Shown: positions 54,812 to 63,789, counted from the stretch's first letter. The stretch is 64,000 nt of DNA from Minisyncoccota bacterium (GCA_018062065.1 JAGOSX010000001.1:31070-95069), one strand, 5' to 3'. Program-made: numbers and translations. The notes: generated by a model not told the origin, from the sequence alone.

Positions 54812-55924
54812 TTATTTCTCAAAAGTTATTCGTACTAATTCAGGAGTATTGAAAAGCCTAGAAGGTACGCTAGCCGTACCGACTCCTGAAGTAGTTAAGA
54901 CTTGCAAGTCTTGATAAGGATGAAGTCCGTAAGTATATTCTTTGTATATAGAGTAAACGATATAATTGAGAGGCCAGAATTGTCCACGATGAGTATGACC
55001 TGAGACTTGGAGATCAATTTTATTTTGATTTGCTACGCTAAGAGCGGTAGGAGCGTGATTGATAAGTATAGTAAATTTATTCTCGTCTATGTTTAAAGAT
55101 TTAAGAGTATTGTCTACGGAAGCTAAATTTGCGGTATTATTTTCTCCTCGATTTTCTCTATATTTTACTCCTACTATATCAATATCTCCATAACTAACCT
55201 TTTTATCTTCGAGGGTTACTACTCCCGCATTAGCAATAGATTCTAAAAATCCACGATAATCTCCGTATTCTTCGTGATTTCCAGGAGCCATAAAGACAGG
55301 GTATTTAGCTGTTAATTTTTTCCAACTTTCAGTTATGAGAGTTGTGTCATTTTTCGGTCCATCATAAAAGTCTCCTCCGTGCAAAACGAAATCCGGATTA
55401 AGAGAAATAATTTTTTTTACCACTTTATCAGAAAATCCTTTATGATTGATTTTTCCAAAGTGAGTATCAGCTACTAGTATAGCTTTTTTGCCTACGAGAC
55501 TTTCAGGAACCTTTGGATCTTTGATAGTATAATCAACAACTTTAATAAAACGAGCTTGTATATATCCAAAAGTTGCTAAGCCTAAAGATAGTGCTAAAAA
55601 TATATAAGAGAAATAATACGGAATATTAACTTTAAAAACAAAACCTAAAATATAAATCGTACCTAAAGCTAAAGCCCCAAAGAATAAATAAAGTCCGTAT
55701 CCAGCTATCATTTGCATTACTCGGTGAAAGATAGAAGGTAGTAAACCGCTAAAGCCAAGTAGCATGCTTAAAGCAAAAAGTAGGGGAATTAATAAAAATA
55801 TAAAAAATACTAGTTTATTTTGCTCCGGACTTAGTCTTAATCCGTAACCGTAAACTTTAGTATTTAAATACGAAATACCTATTAAAAAACTTGCAATCAA
55901 TATGCCGAAAAATATCTTTATCAT
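54812..55924 (-). CDS. Membrane-anchored calcineurin-like metallophosphoesterase
   Basis: 370 aa. The N-terminal TM helices are followed by the MPE motifs LVADTHFG, HGGDFYDG and APGNHE. Confidence 0.75.
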   Translation of the reverse strand: MIKIFFGILIASFLIGISYLNTKVYGYGLRLSPEQNKLVFFIFLLIPLLFALSMLLGFSGLLPSIFHRVMQMIAGYGLYLFFGALALGTIYILGFVFKVNIPYYFSYIFLALSLGLATFGYIQARFIKVVDYTIKDPKVPESLVGKKAILVADTHFGKINHKGFSDKVVKKIISLNPDFVLHGGDFYDGPKNDTTLITESWKKLTAKYPVFMAPGNHEEYGDYRGFLESIANAGVVTLEDKKVSYGDIDIVGVKYRENRGENNTANLASVDNTLKSLNIDENKFTILINHAPTALSVANQNKIDLQVSGHTHRGQFWPLNYIVYSIYKEYTYGLHPYQDLQVLTTSGVGTASVPSRLFNTPELVRITFEK

Positions 55925-56006
55925 GCTTAAATTATAGCATATTGTAAAAATTTACTTTTTAGTATAGTCTAAGGGTAGAGATAGTCGTATCTTTATTAGT
56001 TAATTT

Positions 56007-56032
56007 ATCCTGTCTCTCGCGAGTGACGGGAT
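56007..56032. repeat. Family A palindrome copy 5: atcctgtctctcgcgagtgacgggat, in a divergent intergenic region
   Basis: An inverted repeat with wobble positions. The CTCGCGAG core is shared. Confidence 0.5.
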
Positions 56033-56045
56033 TTAGTAAAATATT

Positions 56046-57005
56046 ATGAAAATATATAGATTATTGTTCGTTTTGGCTTTTATATTCTCTTTGACTTTAG
56101 GTTTTACTAATACTGTTTCCGCTATGACACCGACTTTATCCTTGTCTAATAACGGTAATAATACTGTATTTGTAACTGTGTATGGAGACCCTAATTCAAG
56201 TGTGAACCTTTATTATAATAATTATTCTGGTTTACAAAACCTTTATTTAGGTAGTACTAATTCTAGTGGTTATTTATCTACTTCTTTAAATTTAAGTACC
56301 TATAATATAAATCCAAATACAACCGTTTACGTTATAGTAAACAATCAGCAATCAAGCGTAGCTTCTTGGCCTACAAATTATTATCAAAATAATTATTATA
56401 CAAATACGGGTCTGACTGTGAGTAGTTTAACTTTACCACTTGGCTCTAGCGCAACACTTTCTTTAGGTAATAATTATAATGGAGTTTATGTATCTAATAA
56501 TTCTAATTCTGGAGTTGTGACTGTAAATAATTCTAATTCCGGAGTAAATACTCTCGTCGGTTGTACTACTTATAATCAATACAGCACTATAACTGGTCAA
56601 CCTTGTTATATGCCTCAAGTTATAAATTATAATACTAACTCTGTTGTGATTTATGCATCTAGTATCGGTTATTCAACTTTGACTATCTGTGCCAATAATT
56701 CTTCTACTTGTAATACTATCAACGTGAACGTAGTGAATTCAAATTCTATAATAGCAGGGAATGTATTAGGAGTATCAACAATTAATAATTCTTGTACTTT
56801 ATACCGAACTTTGCGTTATGGTATGTACGGTTCTGATGTATCTTGCTTGAAGCAACTTCTAGTAAATAAAGGTTATTTAGTTAATAATAATTTTGATAGT
56901 TATTTTGACTATGAAACTCGTAATGCAGTTCTTCTTTTTCAACAAGATCATTATCTTGGAGCTGATGGAGTAGTTGGTGCTCGCACTAGAAATTATCTTT
57001 ACTAA
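56046..57005 (+). CDS. Secreted S/T/N-rich protein with a C-terminal peptidoglycan-binding (PGBD/PG_binding_1-like) domain
   Basis: 319 aa with a signal peptide. The C-terminus YGMYGSDVSCLKQLLVNKGYLV...ETRNAVLLFQQDHYLGADGVVGARTRNYL matches the PG-binding repeat pattern. Confidence 0.6.
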   Translation: MKIYRLLFVLAFIFSLTLGFTNTVSAMTPTLSLSNNGNNTVFVTVYGDPNSSVNLYYNNYSGLQNLYLGSTNSSGYLSTSLNLSTYNINPNTTVYVIVNNQQSSVASWPTNYYQNNYYTNTGLTVSSLTLPLGSSATLSLGNNYNGVYVSNNSNSGVVTVNNSNSGVNTLVGCTTYNQYSTITGQPCYMPQVINYNTNSVVIYASSIGYSTLTICANNSSTCNTINVNVVNSNSIIAGNVLGVSTINNSCTLYRTLRYGMYGSDVSCLKQLLVNKGYLVNNNFDSYFDYETRNAVLLFQQDHYLGADGVVGARTRNYLY

Positions 57006-57015
57006 AAATAAAAAA

Positions 57016-57043
57016 TAAAAAACCTCTATGATAGAGGTTTTTT
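57016..57043. terminator. Bidirectional Rho-independent terminator aaaaaacctctatgatagaggtttttta
   Basis: A perfect 8-bp stem flanked by A and T tracts, between convergent genes. Confidence 0.7.
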
Positions 57044-57048
57044 ATTTT

Positions 57049-57438
57049 TTATAAGTCATATCTAAATTCGTGAGTGTTTTTGGTAGGAGCTATATCGAAG
57101 ATTTCTTTTGGTTTTAATATTAGTAAACCTTTCACTACTCGATCAGGGAGGATTTCTTTTATCCAACTTACTGCTTCGTCAAATTTTTCTCCATTTTCGA
57201 AATACTCAACCTCTCCTTTGATTTGATAACCAAACATCTTGTTCCAGCAAACAAGGGCTACCTCTTTGTTTTCTTTTATATTTTCTAAAGTTTTATCCAT
57301 AAAGTAATTAATAAGCCAAATTTCTTCGCCAACTACTTTTAGAGAAGATACTGGAATTACGTTTAGTCCGTAAATTCCGTGCGTTGCTAAAGCCTTAGAC
57401 GGAGCATTTAATATAAACTTTTCTACATCTTGATTCAT
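57049..57438 (-). CDS. Pyridoxamine 5'-phosphate oxidase-like FMN-binding split-barrel protein
   Basis: 129 aa. The fold pattern is weak (HGIYGLNVIPVS...WLINYF). Confidence 0.45.
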   Translation of the reverse strand: MNQDVEKFILNAPSKALATHGIYGLNVIPVSSLKVVGEEIWLINYFMDKTLENIKENKEVALVCWNKMFGYQIKGEVEYFENGEKFDEAVSWIKEILPDRVVKGLLILKPKEIFDIAPTKNTHEFRYDL

Positions 57439-57458
57439 ACTATAATTATATACCTAAA

Positions 57459-58913
57459 TTATTCTTTACTTAAACCATACCGCTTGAGAGCTTCTTTGCG
57501 AGCTTCTTTATGCTCGATTATAGGTAGGGGAGGATTTGATAAATATTCTTTACTTAGCCATTTGTTTTGATATTTATTATCTTTATCATAGTTTTCGGCT
57601 TGCAAATATGGGTTAAAGATTCTTATCGGTTTTGGATCAGCGCCGACGGACGCTCCCCATTGCCAACCTCCGTTATTCGAAGCTTCGTCAAGATCGATAA
57701 GCATAGCTCTAAAGTATTCTTGACCCCAGAGCCAGTTTACTCCTAAGTTTTTAGTTAGAACCGAAGATACTATCATCCTTGCACGGTTATGCATATATCC
57801 AGTTTTCGCAAGCTCATTCATCGCCGCATCAACAATAGGGTATCCAGTTTGCCCTTTGATCCAGAGCAAGAATCTTTCTTTCGACTGTTTTTTCGGGGCC
57901 CAAGATATCGAATTATATTTTGCTTGAAAAGCTTGAGATAATAGGTTAGGTTTATGAAAAAGTAAGTATTTATAAAATTCACGCCAGATTAATTCACTTA
58001 TAAAATGAATTGGACCTTCATCTATTTTACGACTTGAGTTATAGTTTTCAAATTTATTATTAAAATGATTTTGAATCAATTTTACTAAAGTCCGACAAGA
58101 AACAAGTCCCCAAGATAATGCAAGTGACATCCTCGAAGTTCCTTCGAGGTCTAGATAATCTCTTTCGTCTTTATAATTACTTAAAGTAGTTTTTAAAAAA
58201 TTTTTAAATTTCAAAATCATCTCTTCTTCGTTAAAGGAATATATAGATAAATCTCGTTTTGGTAAATCTAATTCTTTGAGTTTAATAATCTCGTTTTCGA
58301 TCAAGATAGATTCTTGTTTTTTAAATAATTTTAAAATCTCGGTCGAATTTAGAGTATTTATATATTTCAAAGGAAAATTCTTTAAATTAAAAAACTTTAC
58401 TTTATCTAGTTTAGGTTTTTTATCTTCTTCTGCATTTACGAAAGAATTCCAAACCGCTTTTTTAAAAGGAGTAAAGATAGAATAAATTCCACCGTTTCCA
58501 GTTCGCACTTCTTTATCTATAGTTATTTGATCTCGGTAAAGCTTGATATTTATACCTTTGTCTTTGATTTTCTTTATTTGCGTATAAAAGTCAGGATGAA
58601 TATCTTCGTTTACAAAAATATTAACTTCGTAATGTTTACTTAATTTTATAAAAAATTTAACTGCTTTTTCTTCAACTAAGAGAAAAGATTTAAAATTTTT
58701 ACCAAATGCACTTATCGCATTAGCCAAGAAAAACCGGGAAGGGTAGCCAAACTGGTATTTCGGATTAGCTTCGGTCATATAAGGTTCGATAATAAATAAA
58801 GGTAAAAAAGGAATGTTTTCCTTTTCGCTAAAGTTTACTGCACTTAAAAGCGCTCTATTGTCTCGTAGTCTAAAATCTCTCCGTGACCAATATATAACTA
58901 GCTTTTCTTTCAT
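57459..58913 (-). CDS. Deoxyribodipyrimidine photolyase/cryptochrome family protein
   Basis: 484 aa. The N-terminal photolyase domain is WSRRDFRLRDNRAL. The FAD-binding domain motifs are WREFY, GYMHNRARM and DLDEASNNGGWQW. Confidence 0.85.
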   Translation of the reverse strand: MKEKLVIYWSRRDFRLRDNRALLSAVNFSEKENIPFLPLFIIEPYMTEANPKYQFGYPSRFFLANAISAFGKNFKSFLLVEEKAVKFFIKLSKHYEVNIFVNEDIHPDFYTQIKKIKDKGINIKLYRDQITIDKEVRTGNGGIYSIFTPFKKAVWNSFVNAEEDKKPKLDKVKFFNLKNFPLKYINTLNSTEILKLFKKQESILIENEIIKLKELDLPKRDLSIYSFNEEEMILKFKNFLKTTLSNYKDERDYLDLEGTSRMSLALSWGLVSCRTLVKLIQNHFNNKFENYNSSRKIDEGPIHFISELIWREFYKYLLFHKPNLLSQAFQAKYNSISWAPKKQSKERFLLWIKGQTGYPIVDAAMNELAKTGYMHNRARMIVSSVLTKNLGVNWLWGQEYFRAMLIDLDEASNNGGWQWGASVGADPKPIRIFNPYLQAENYDKDNKYQNKWLSKEYLSNPPLPIIEHKEARKEALKRYGLSKE

Positions 58914-58962
58914 CTTTATAGTTTAGCATATAATAGGAGAAGATTTAGAAATTATTTTCCTG

Positions 58963-59047
58963 CGGAAGCGGTGAGATTCGAACTCACGATAGGTTGCCCT
59001 ATGACGGTTTTCAAGACCGTTGCCTTAAACCACTCGGCCACGCTTCC
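58963..59047 (-). tRNA. tRNA-Ser (anticodon TGA), type II with a long variable arm
   Basis: I folded the reverse complement. The acceptor stem is ggaagcg/cgcttcc, the D-arm is gccgagtggtttaaggc, the anticodon loop is cuUGAaa, the variable arm is catagggcaacctatcg, the T-arm is gtgagttcgaatctcac, and the discriminator is G. Length 85 nt. Confidence 0.85.
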
Positions 59048-59057
59048 GTAAATAACT

Positions 59058-59753
59058 TTACTTCATTTTGTACTTTTTTTCAAGTTTTGGATTTTTTGTA
59101 CCTATTTCTTGAAAATATTTAGCAATATTTTGCTTATTGCTTATATATACGTTATAACCATTAGTCTCAGAATTAGAAAGTTTTAATTTACGTAATGTAA
59201 TTTTAACAAACTTAATAATCTCCTTGTTTTTATTGGTAAAAGTTAATTGCTTGTATGTTGATATTTTATTTTTACCTTTAAACTTTTTTATTGATATTGA
59301 ACCTTCAGTATCAAATAATCCTCTTAAACTACTTTTAGAAAATTCTTCATTATTTTTTATCCAATTAGGGATTTTTCGTGCTTTTGGTTTGAATCCTAAT
59401 TTAAAAAAGTAATCACTTATATCTTTTGAGGAAATTTGTAATTCTTCTGTGCCTCTATCTTTTCGATACTTAATTGCAACTCTGGTCAATGGAAAAACTT
59501 TGTTTACTAACTTCAAAATATTTTTTGAATAACCTTTATCTGCTTTGGCACTAAGATATATCCTTGTATAATATTTTGTTACACTTCCATCACCAATCAA
59601 TATACCAAATAGTTCAGCAAGTTCCTTCGAATATCCTATTTTGATTTTTATATTCTTCTTATTATTTTGGTTAAACTGATTAGAACACTTAATAGAACAA
59701 AATTTCCTGTTTTTAATGTTTAAAGTTTTGTTGCATTTTTTGCATTTGTTCAT
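59058..59753 (-). mobile_element. Free-standing LAGLIDADG-family homing endonuclease-like gene (two LAGLIDADG motifs) with an N-terminal Cys4 zinc ribbon, 10 nt upstream of tRNA-Ser
   Basis: 231 aa. Motif 1 is LIGDGSV and motif 2 is GLFDTEGSI. The N-terminus is CKKC...CSIKC. Confidence 0.6.
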
Positions 59754-59831
59754 AATATTATTATATCATATTCCGCTAAACCAATATAAATTTAAAAACT
59801 CTGCAAAATTGCAGAGTTTTTATTTGTTGTA

Positions 59832-60071
59832 TTATTTCAAGAAATCTAATGCACGAGAGAAGTCTTTTTTTACAGTTTTAAAATCTTTTTTCAAAACTTT
59901 AAATACATAAATCATATCTAAAATACCAATAGTATTTAATATAATTAATGCGATGAACCATTTCTTGTGTCCATTTTTAGCTGCATTCCAAACAGAATAG
60001 CATTTCCAAAGTATGCTCCAAATAGTAAGTACTACGATTACGATTGTTTCTAAAATATTTCCTGGGATCAT
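59832..60071 (-). CDS. Small 2-TM membrane protein, hypothetical
   Basis: 79 aa. A bidirectional terminator hairpin lies at ~59797-59822. Confidence 0.3.
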   Translation of the reverse strand: MIPGNILETIVIVVLTIWSILWKCYSVWNAAKNGHKKWFIALIILNTIGILDMIYVFKVLKKDFKTVKKDFSRALDFLK

Positions 60072-60116
60072 GTGTCAATTATATCAAAATGTACTTTTTT
60101 GTGCTAGTATTTCTGT

Positions 60117-60533
60117 ATGAAATATTTGGGTATAGATTTTGGGACTAAAAGAGTAGGAATTGCTATTTCTGATGAGAATGGAACTTTTGCTTTTCCAAAA
60201 ACTATTTTAAAAAATGATAAACAACTAATTTTGAATTTAGGTACAATCATTCAAAATGAAAAGATTGAATCTATTGTGATAGGGGAATCTTTAAACGAGC
60301 AAGGCTTAGCAAATAAAGTAAATCAAGATATTAAAAACTTTATTGAAATTTTAAATAAAGAATTTAATTTGCCAATAGAAAAAGAAAAAGAATTTTTTTC
60401 TTCGTTCGAGGCGCACGGCAGACTCGGCAAAGAATCGATGAGTGACCGCAAGACAAAGATAGAAAAGGGAAATGATTTAGATAGTAAAGCAGCAGCGATA
60501 ATTTTACAAAGATATTTAGATAAGCTAAGATAA
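60117..60533 (+). CDS. ruvX: Putative pre-16S rRNA nuclease/Holliday junction resolvase-like YqgF/RuvX
   Basis: 138 aa. The N-terminus is MKYLGIDFGTKRVGIAISD. It is preceded by an extended -10 TGTGCTAGTATT. Confidence 0.85.
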   Translation: MKYLGIDFGTKRVGIAISDENGTFAFPKTILKNDKQLILNLGTIIQNEKIESIVIGESLNEQGLANKVNQDIKNFIEILNKEFNLPIEKEKEFFSSFEAHGRLGKESMSDRKTKIEKGNDLDSKAAAIILQRYLDKLR

Positions 60534-60537
60534 ATTT

Positions 60538-60924
60538 ATGCCAAAAATAAGTATAGATGATTTCGCAAAAGTAGAATTAGCAGTAGGAAAAATACTTTCC
60601 GTAGAAAAAGTCCCTGATGCTGATAAACTCCTTAAATTATCAGTAGATTTCGGAGAAATTAAAAAGCTAGAAAAAGACGAAGAAGGGAATGAAAAAGAAG
60701 TTGTTTCTCAAGACATAAGGCAAATAGTTTCCGGTATTGCACTTTATTTTGAAGATTATTCTGTTTTAGTAAATAAAAAAGTTATGTTCGTAGTGAATCT
60801 CGAACCTCGCACTATACGCGGACTTGAGAGTAACGGAATGATACTTGCAGTTTCAAATGCGAGCGGAGAATTTTCTCTACTTTATCCTGATCAAAAGGTA
60901 AGCAGGGGTTTGCGAGCAAAATAA
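60538..60924 (+). CDS. tRNA-binding (Myf/EMAP/CsaA-like) domain protein
   Basis: 128 aa. The OB-fold tRNA-binding pattern is FAKVELAVGKILSVEKVPDADKLLKLSVDFGE...VNLEPRTIRGLESNGMILA. Confidence 0.7.
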   Translation: MPKISIDDFAKVELAVGKILSVEKVPDADKLLKLSVDFGEIKKLEKDEEGNEKEVVSQDIRQIVSGIALYFEDYSVLVNKKVMFVVNLEPRTIRGLESNGMILAVSNASGEFSLLYPDQKVSRGLRAK

Positions 60925-61030
60925 TTCTTTTAAACATAGCAAAGTAAATTACTTTTATAGTATAATATTGATAATGCTAAGAAGTACTCATAAGAGTAAT
61001 AAAGTTTTTTCTACACCAACATTTTTAGAA

Positions 61031-62062
61031 ATGCCTTCTTTTGGTTTAGATATTTCAGATGACTCTATTAAATATATGAGTCTAAAAGCTACTTCGAAAG
61101 GAGTACGCCCTGAGAAATATGGTGAGAAAAAAATCCCAAAAGGAGCTTTAGAATTAGGCAAAATAACAGACCGCGAAAAACTAGTAGGAGTTTTAAAAGA
61201 ATTAAAAAAAGAATTAAATATTAAAGACGCTCGAGTTTCTATACTAGAAAATCAAATTTATTTATTTAAACTTAAACTAGAAAAAGAAGGTTTGATATCT
61301 ATCAAAGAAAATATAGAATTAGTTTTAGAAGAGCACATTCCAATACCTGGACCTGAAGCAATTTTCGATTATGAATTACTCGAAGAAACTGACAAAGAAT
61401 TAGTTTTGCAGGTTGCCGCTATTCAAGTCGATACTATTGAAGAATATTTATCTTTATTTGAAGAAGTTGGTATTAGTATTCATTCTTTTGAGATCGAAGC
61501 GCAAGCTATAGCGAGAGCAATAGTTAAAAACGGTGATAAAGATACTTATATGATTTTAGATTTTGGAGGATCTCGCACTGGTATTTTTATTGTTTCTAGT
61601 AATATTGTGCGTTTTGCTACTACTGTTGATTTCGGAGGTATAATTTTTTCTCAATTAGTTGAAAAGAGTTTAAACGTTAGCTTCGAAGAAGCTGAAAAGA
61701 TCAAGAAAGAATACGGTTTACAAAGAAATTTAGAAAATAAAGAAATTTTCCCTATTTTGCTTAATTCCGCTTCTATCTTAAAAGACGAGATTATGAAGCA
61801 TTTCGTATATTGGCATACTCACGAAGATGAAGACGGAGTTAAAAATCCTCCAATCAAAAAGATATTATTCTGTGGAGGTAATTCTAGTATACCTGGTTTG
61901 CTTGATTATTTTGCTATGAGTATGAAAGTAGAAGTTGAGCTCGCGAACGTCTGGACAAATATTTTAAATATTGAAGATGAAACTCCTGAAATAGACGCAA
62001 AGGTCGCTTTATCATTCGCAACCGCTATCGGTCTCGCATTAAGAGATTTTGAACATGATTAA
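61031..62062 (+). CDS. pilM: Type IV pilus assembly protein PilM (actin-like ATPase fold)
   Basis: Start set at the ATG at 61031 (MPSFGLDISDDSIKYMSLK..., the typical PilM N-terminus). The ORF track starts 21 codons earlier, at 60968. The ASKHA-fold motifs are DFGGSRTGI and LFCGGNSSIPGL. Confidence 0.8.
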   Translation: MPSFGLDISDDSIKYMSLKATSKGVRPEKYGEKKIPKGALELGKITDREKLVGVLKELKKELNIKDARVSILENQIYLFKLKLEKEGLISIKENIELVLEEHIPIPGPEAIFDYELLEETDKELVLQVAAIQVDTIEEYLSLFEEVGISIHSFEIEAQAIARAIVKNGDKDTYMILDFGGSRTGIFIVSSNIVRFATTVDFGGIIFSQLVEKSLNVSFEEAEKIKKEYGLQRNLENKEIFPILLNSASILKDEIMKHFVYWHTHEDEDGVKNPPIKKILFCGGNSSIPGLLDYFAMSMKVEVELANVWTNILNIEDETPEIDAKVALSFATAIGLALRDFEHD

Positions 62063-62597
62063 TTTAATTCCAAACGAAGAAAAGAAAAAAATTCGCAAAG
62101 ATTTTTATATGCGAGTTGTTATCGTTTCGTTTTTTGTTTTAGGTATAGCAATTTTGATTTCTAATATTATGCTTACTCCTGCTTTGTTTTATGCATCTTT
62201 AGAGAAGAAATTAATTTCAGAACAATTTGCAAAAGATGAGAATAAACTTGCTTTTGATTTAAACCAAGAAAATAAAAATGCTGTTGAGAGTTTAGAAAGT
62301 AAAATTACACTAATAAAACAAGCTCGCGATAATAAGTTTTTAGTTTCTGCGAAAGTTGTTGATAATCTTTTAAATAAGAAAATTAACGGGATTTTAATTA
62401 ATGAAATCAATTATACTAAAGACCCTAATAAAGGTAATTTGATTAATATAAGAGGCAAAGCTTCTTCTCGTGAGAGACTGTTAACCTTTAAGAATAGTTT
62501 AGCTTCAGATCCAAATTTTAAAAATGTAGATTTGCCGATTTCAAATTTTATTAAAAGTACCGATATTGAGTTTAGTTTAGTTTTAATTGCCTCATAA
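62049..62597 (+). CDS. pilN: Type IV pilus biogenesis protein PilN (single-pass membrane)
   Basis: 182 aa with an N-terminal TM after the Lys-rich start. It overlaps pilM by 14 nt and follows the pilM-N-O gene order. Confidence 0.7.
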   Translation: MNMINLIPNEEKKKIRKDFYMRVVIVSFFVLGIAILISNIMLTPALFYASLEKKLISEQFAKDENKLAFDLNQENKNAVESLESKITLIKQARDNKFLVSAKVVDNLLNKKINGILINEINYTKDPNKGNLINIRGKASSRERLLTFKNSLASDPNFKNVDLPISNFIKSTDIEFSLVLIAS

Positions 62598-63130
62598 TGA
62601 AAAAAGTTAATATAAAAAATTTAATATTCGCAATTATCTTCTTGCTTATTACTATAGCGGGTTTTTATTTGACTTTGCGTCAGATGAATATTTATCACGG
62701 TAAATTTATCGAATTAACTAATTTATATAAAGAGAAAGAAAATAAGACGAACGAGATTAAAGCTTTAGATAAATTGATTTCTGAAATCGGTAATGAAATA
62801 AAATTAATTAATTCTCATTTTTTGAGAGCTGAAGATATAGCGCCATTCTTAGATGAATTAGAATTAAATGCAAAAGAATTAGGGATAAAGGGGGAAGTGG
62901 TTTCTGTAGATAGTATTACTACTGCTGACAAAAGTTTGTATTTAAATATTAGAGCTGAGGGAACTTTTGATAATTTGTATAAATTTTTAAAGTTACTTGA
63001 AAATTATAAATATGAATTAGAGATTGTCGATTTCAAGATTTTAAAAGAACCTTCTTCTGATATAGCTCTCGGAGTTTTACCTAATTGGTCGGGTTATTTT
63101 AAAATTAAAATTATTAGTTTGATTAATTAA
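62597..63130 (+). CDS. pilO: Type IV pilus biogenesis protein PilO
   Basis: 177 aa with an N-terminal TM and a coiled-coil, followed by a ferredoxin-like domain. Its start overlaps the pilN stop (ATGA). Confidence 0.65.
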   Translation: MKKVNIKNLIFAIIFLLITIAGFYLTLRQMNIYHGKFIELTNLYKEKENKTNEIKALDKLISEIGNEIKLINSHFLRAEDIAPFLDELELNAKELGIKGEVVSVDSITTADKSLYLNIRAEGTFDNLYKFLKLLENYKYELEIVDFKILKEPSSDIALGVLPNWSGYFKIKIISLIN

Positions 63131-63132
63131 TT

Positions 63133-63471
63133 ATGAATTTAGATTTTAAAAATTTAGCTTTTTTCCAAAATAAAAAAACTTTTCAAAAAGAGTATTTTCA
63201 AATAAATCCAGACAAATATTGGAACCTCTCATTAGTTTTGTTTTTTATTATTGTTTTATTAGGGTCAGGTTTTGGGTATTATAATTTTGCTAAATTAAAT
63301 AAAGCCTTAAATACTTATACTAATAACAATAAAGAAGAAAATAATCAAATTTTTGATGTTAAACAAAAAAATGAAATCAATGATTTGCTAAATTATTTTA
63401 AAAATAGAGAAGATCAAACTTCTTCGTTAATTAACGATAAAAAATCTTTAGTTATTGACCCTTCGCTTTAA
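63133..63471 (+). CDS. Small membrane-anchored hypothetical protein downstream of pilO (PilP-like position)
   Basis: 112 aa with one TM and no motif recognised. Confidence 0.3.
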   Translation: MNLDFKNLAFFQNKKTFQKEYFQINPDKYWNLSLVLFFIIVLLGSGFGYYNFAKLNKALNTYTNNNKEENNQIFDVKQKNEINDLLNYFKNREDQTSSLINDKKSLVIDPSL

Positions 63472-63586
63472 AAATGTTAATCTAAAAAGAGTTTTTGGAT
63501 GAATTAGATATTTGGGTGGTTAGCTGTTTTGGTAGATAACAGCGAGAAGTTTGAAAGTAAGTTGTTTTTGGATGAATTAAATATTT

Positions 63587-63659
63587 GGGCGGTTAGCTCA
63601 GTTGGTAGAGCAGCGCTTTTACACAGCGAAGGTCACAGGTTCGAATCCTGTATCGCCCA
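63587..63659 (+). tRNA. tRNA-Val (anticodon TAC)
   Basis: Folded by hand. The acceptor stem is gggcggt/atcgccc, the D-arm is tagctcagttggtagagc, the anticodon loop is uuUACac, and the T-arm is acaggttcgaatcctgt. A degenerate tandem copy of its 5' half plus upstream flank lies at ~63493-63550. Confidence 0.85.
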
Positions 63660-63661
63660 CA

Positions 63662-63758
63662 AATCCTTAAGTCCCTTTTTGGGATAGGATTCGAAAGTCG
63701 GAGCACGACGGTGCGAGACGGGGTCGCGTAAATTTTCAGCAGAAAATTATACGTGACC
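63662..63758 (+). repeat. 97-bp GC-enriched insert bounded by 19-bp direct repeats of the tRNA-Val 3' end (gaatcctgtatcgcccaca at 63643-63661 and 63759-63777)
   Basis: The direct repeat is exact, 19/19. The insert contains gtcggagcacgacggtgcgagacggggtcgcg. Confidence 0.45.
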
Positions 63759-63789
63759 GAATCCTGTATCGCCCACAGTGTTAATATTT

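Noticed and set aside
22692-56032. Possibility that the family A palindromes are CRISPR repeats
   Set aside because: The copies are dispersed kilobases apart (only one tandem pair). There are no regularly spaced unique spacers and no cas genes, so this is not a CRISPR array.
17470-62410. Remaining short ORFs from the track: 17470-17694(+), 20866-21054(+), 27263-27445(-), 30363-30554(+), 32001-32282(-), 33018-33242(-), 34596-34808(-), 34953-35144(+), 37658-37921(-), 42582-42827(-), 43520-43747(-), 43944-44255(-), 44279-44650(-), 44765-45229(-), 46647-46847(+), 46839-47102(-), 47151-47504(-), 48170-48367(-), 48503-48757(-), 52966-53304(+), 58276-58485(+), 59224-59412(+), 59716-59910(+) and 62189-62410(-)
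   Set aside because: Each is nested within or antisense to a longer, motif-supported gene, or lies in low-complexity AT-rich sequence. None shows a recognisable domain.
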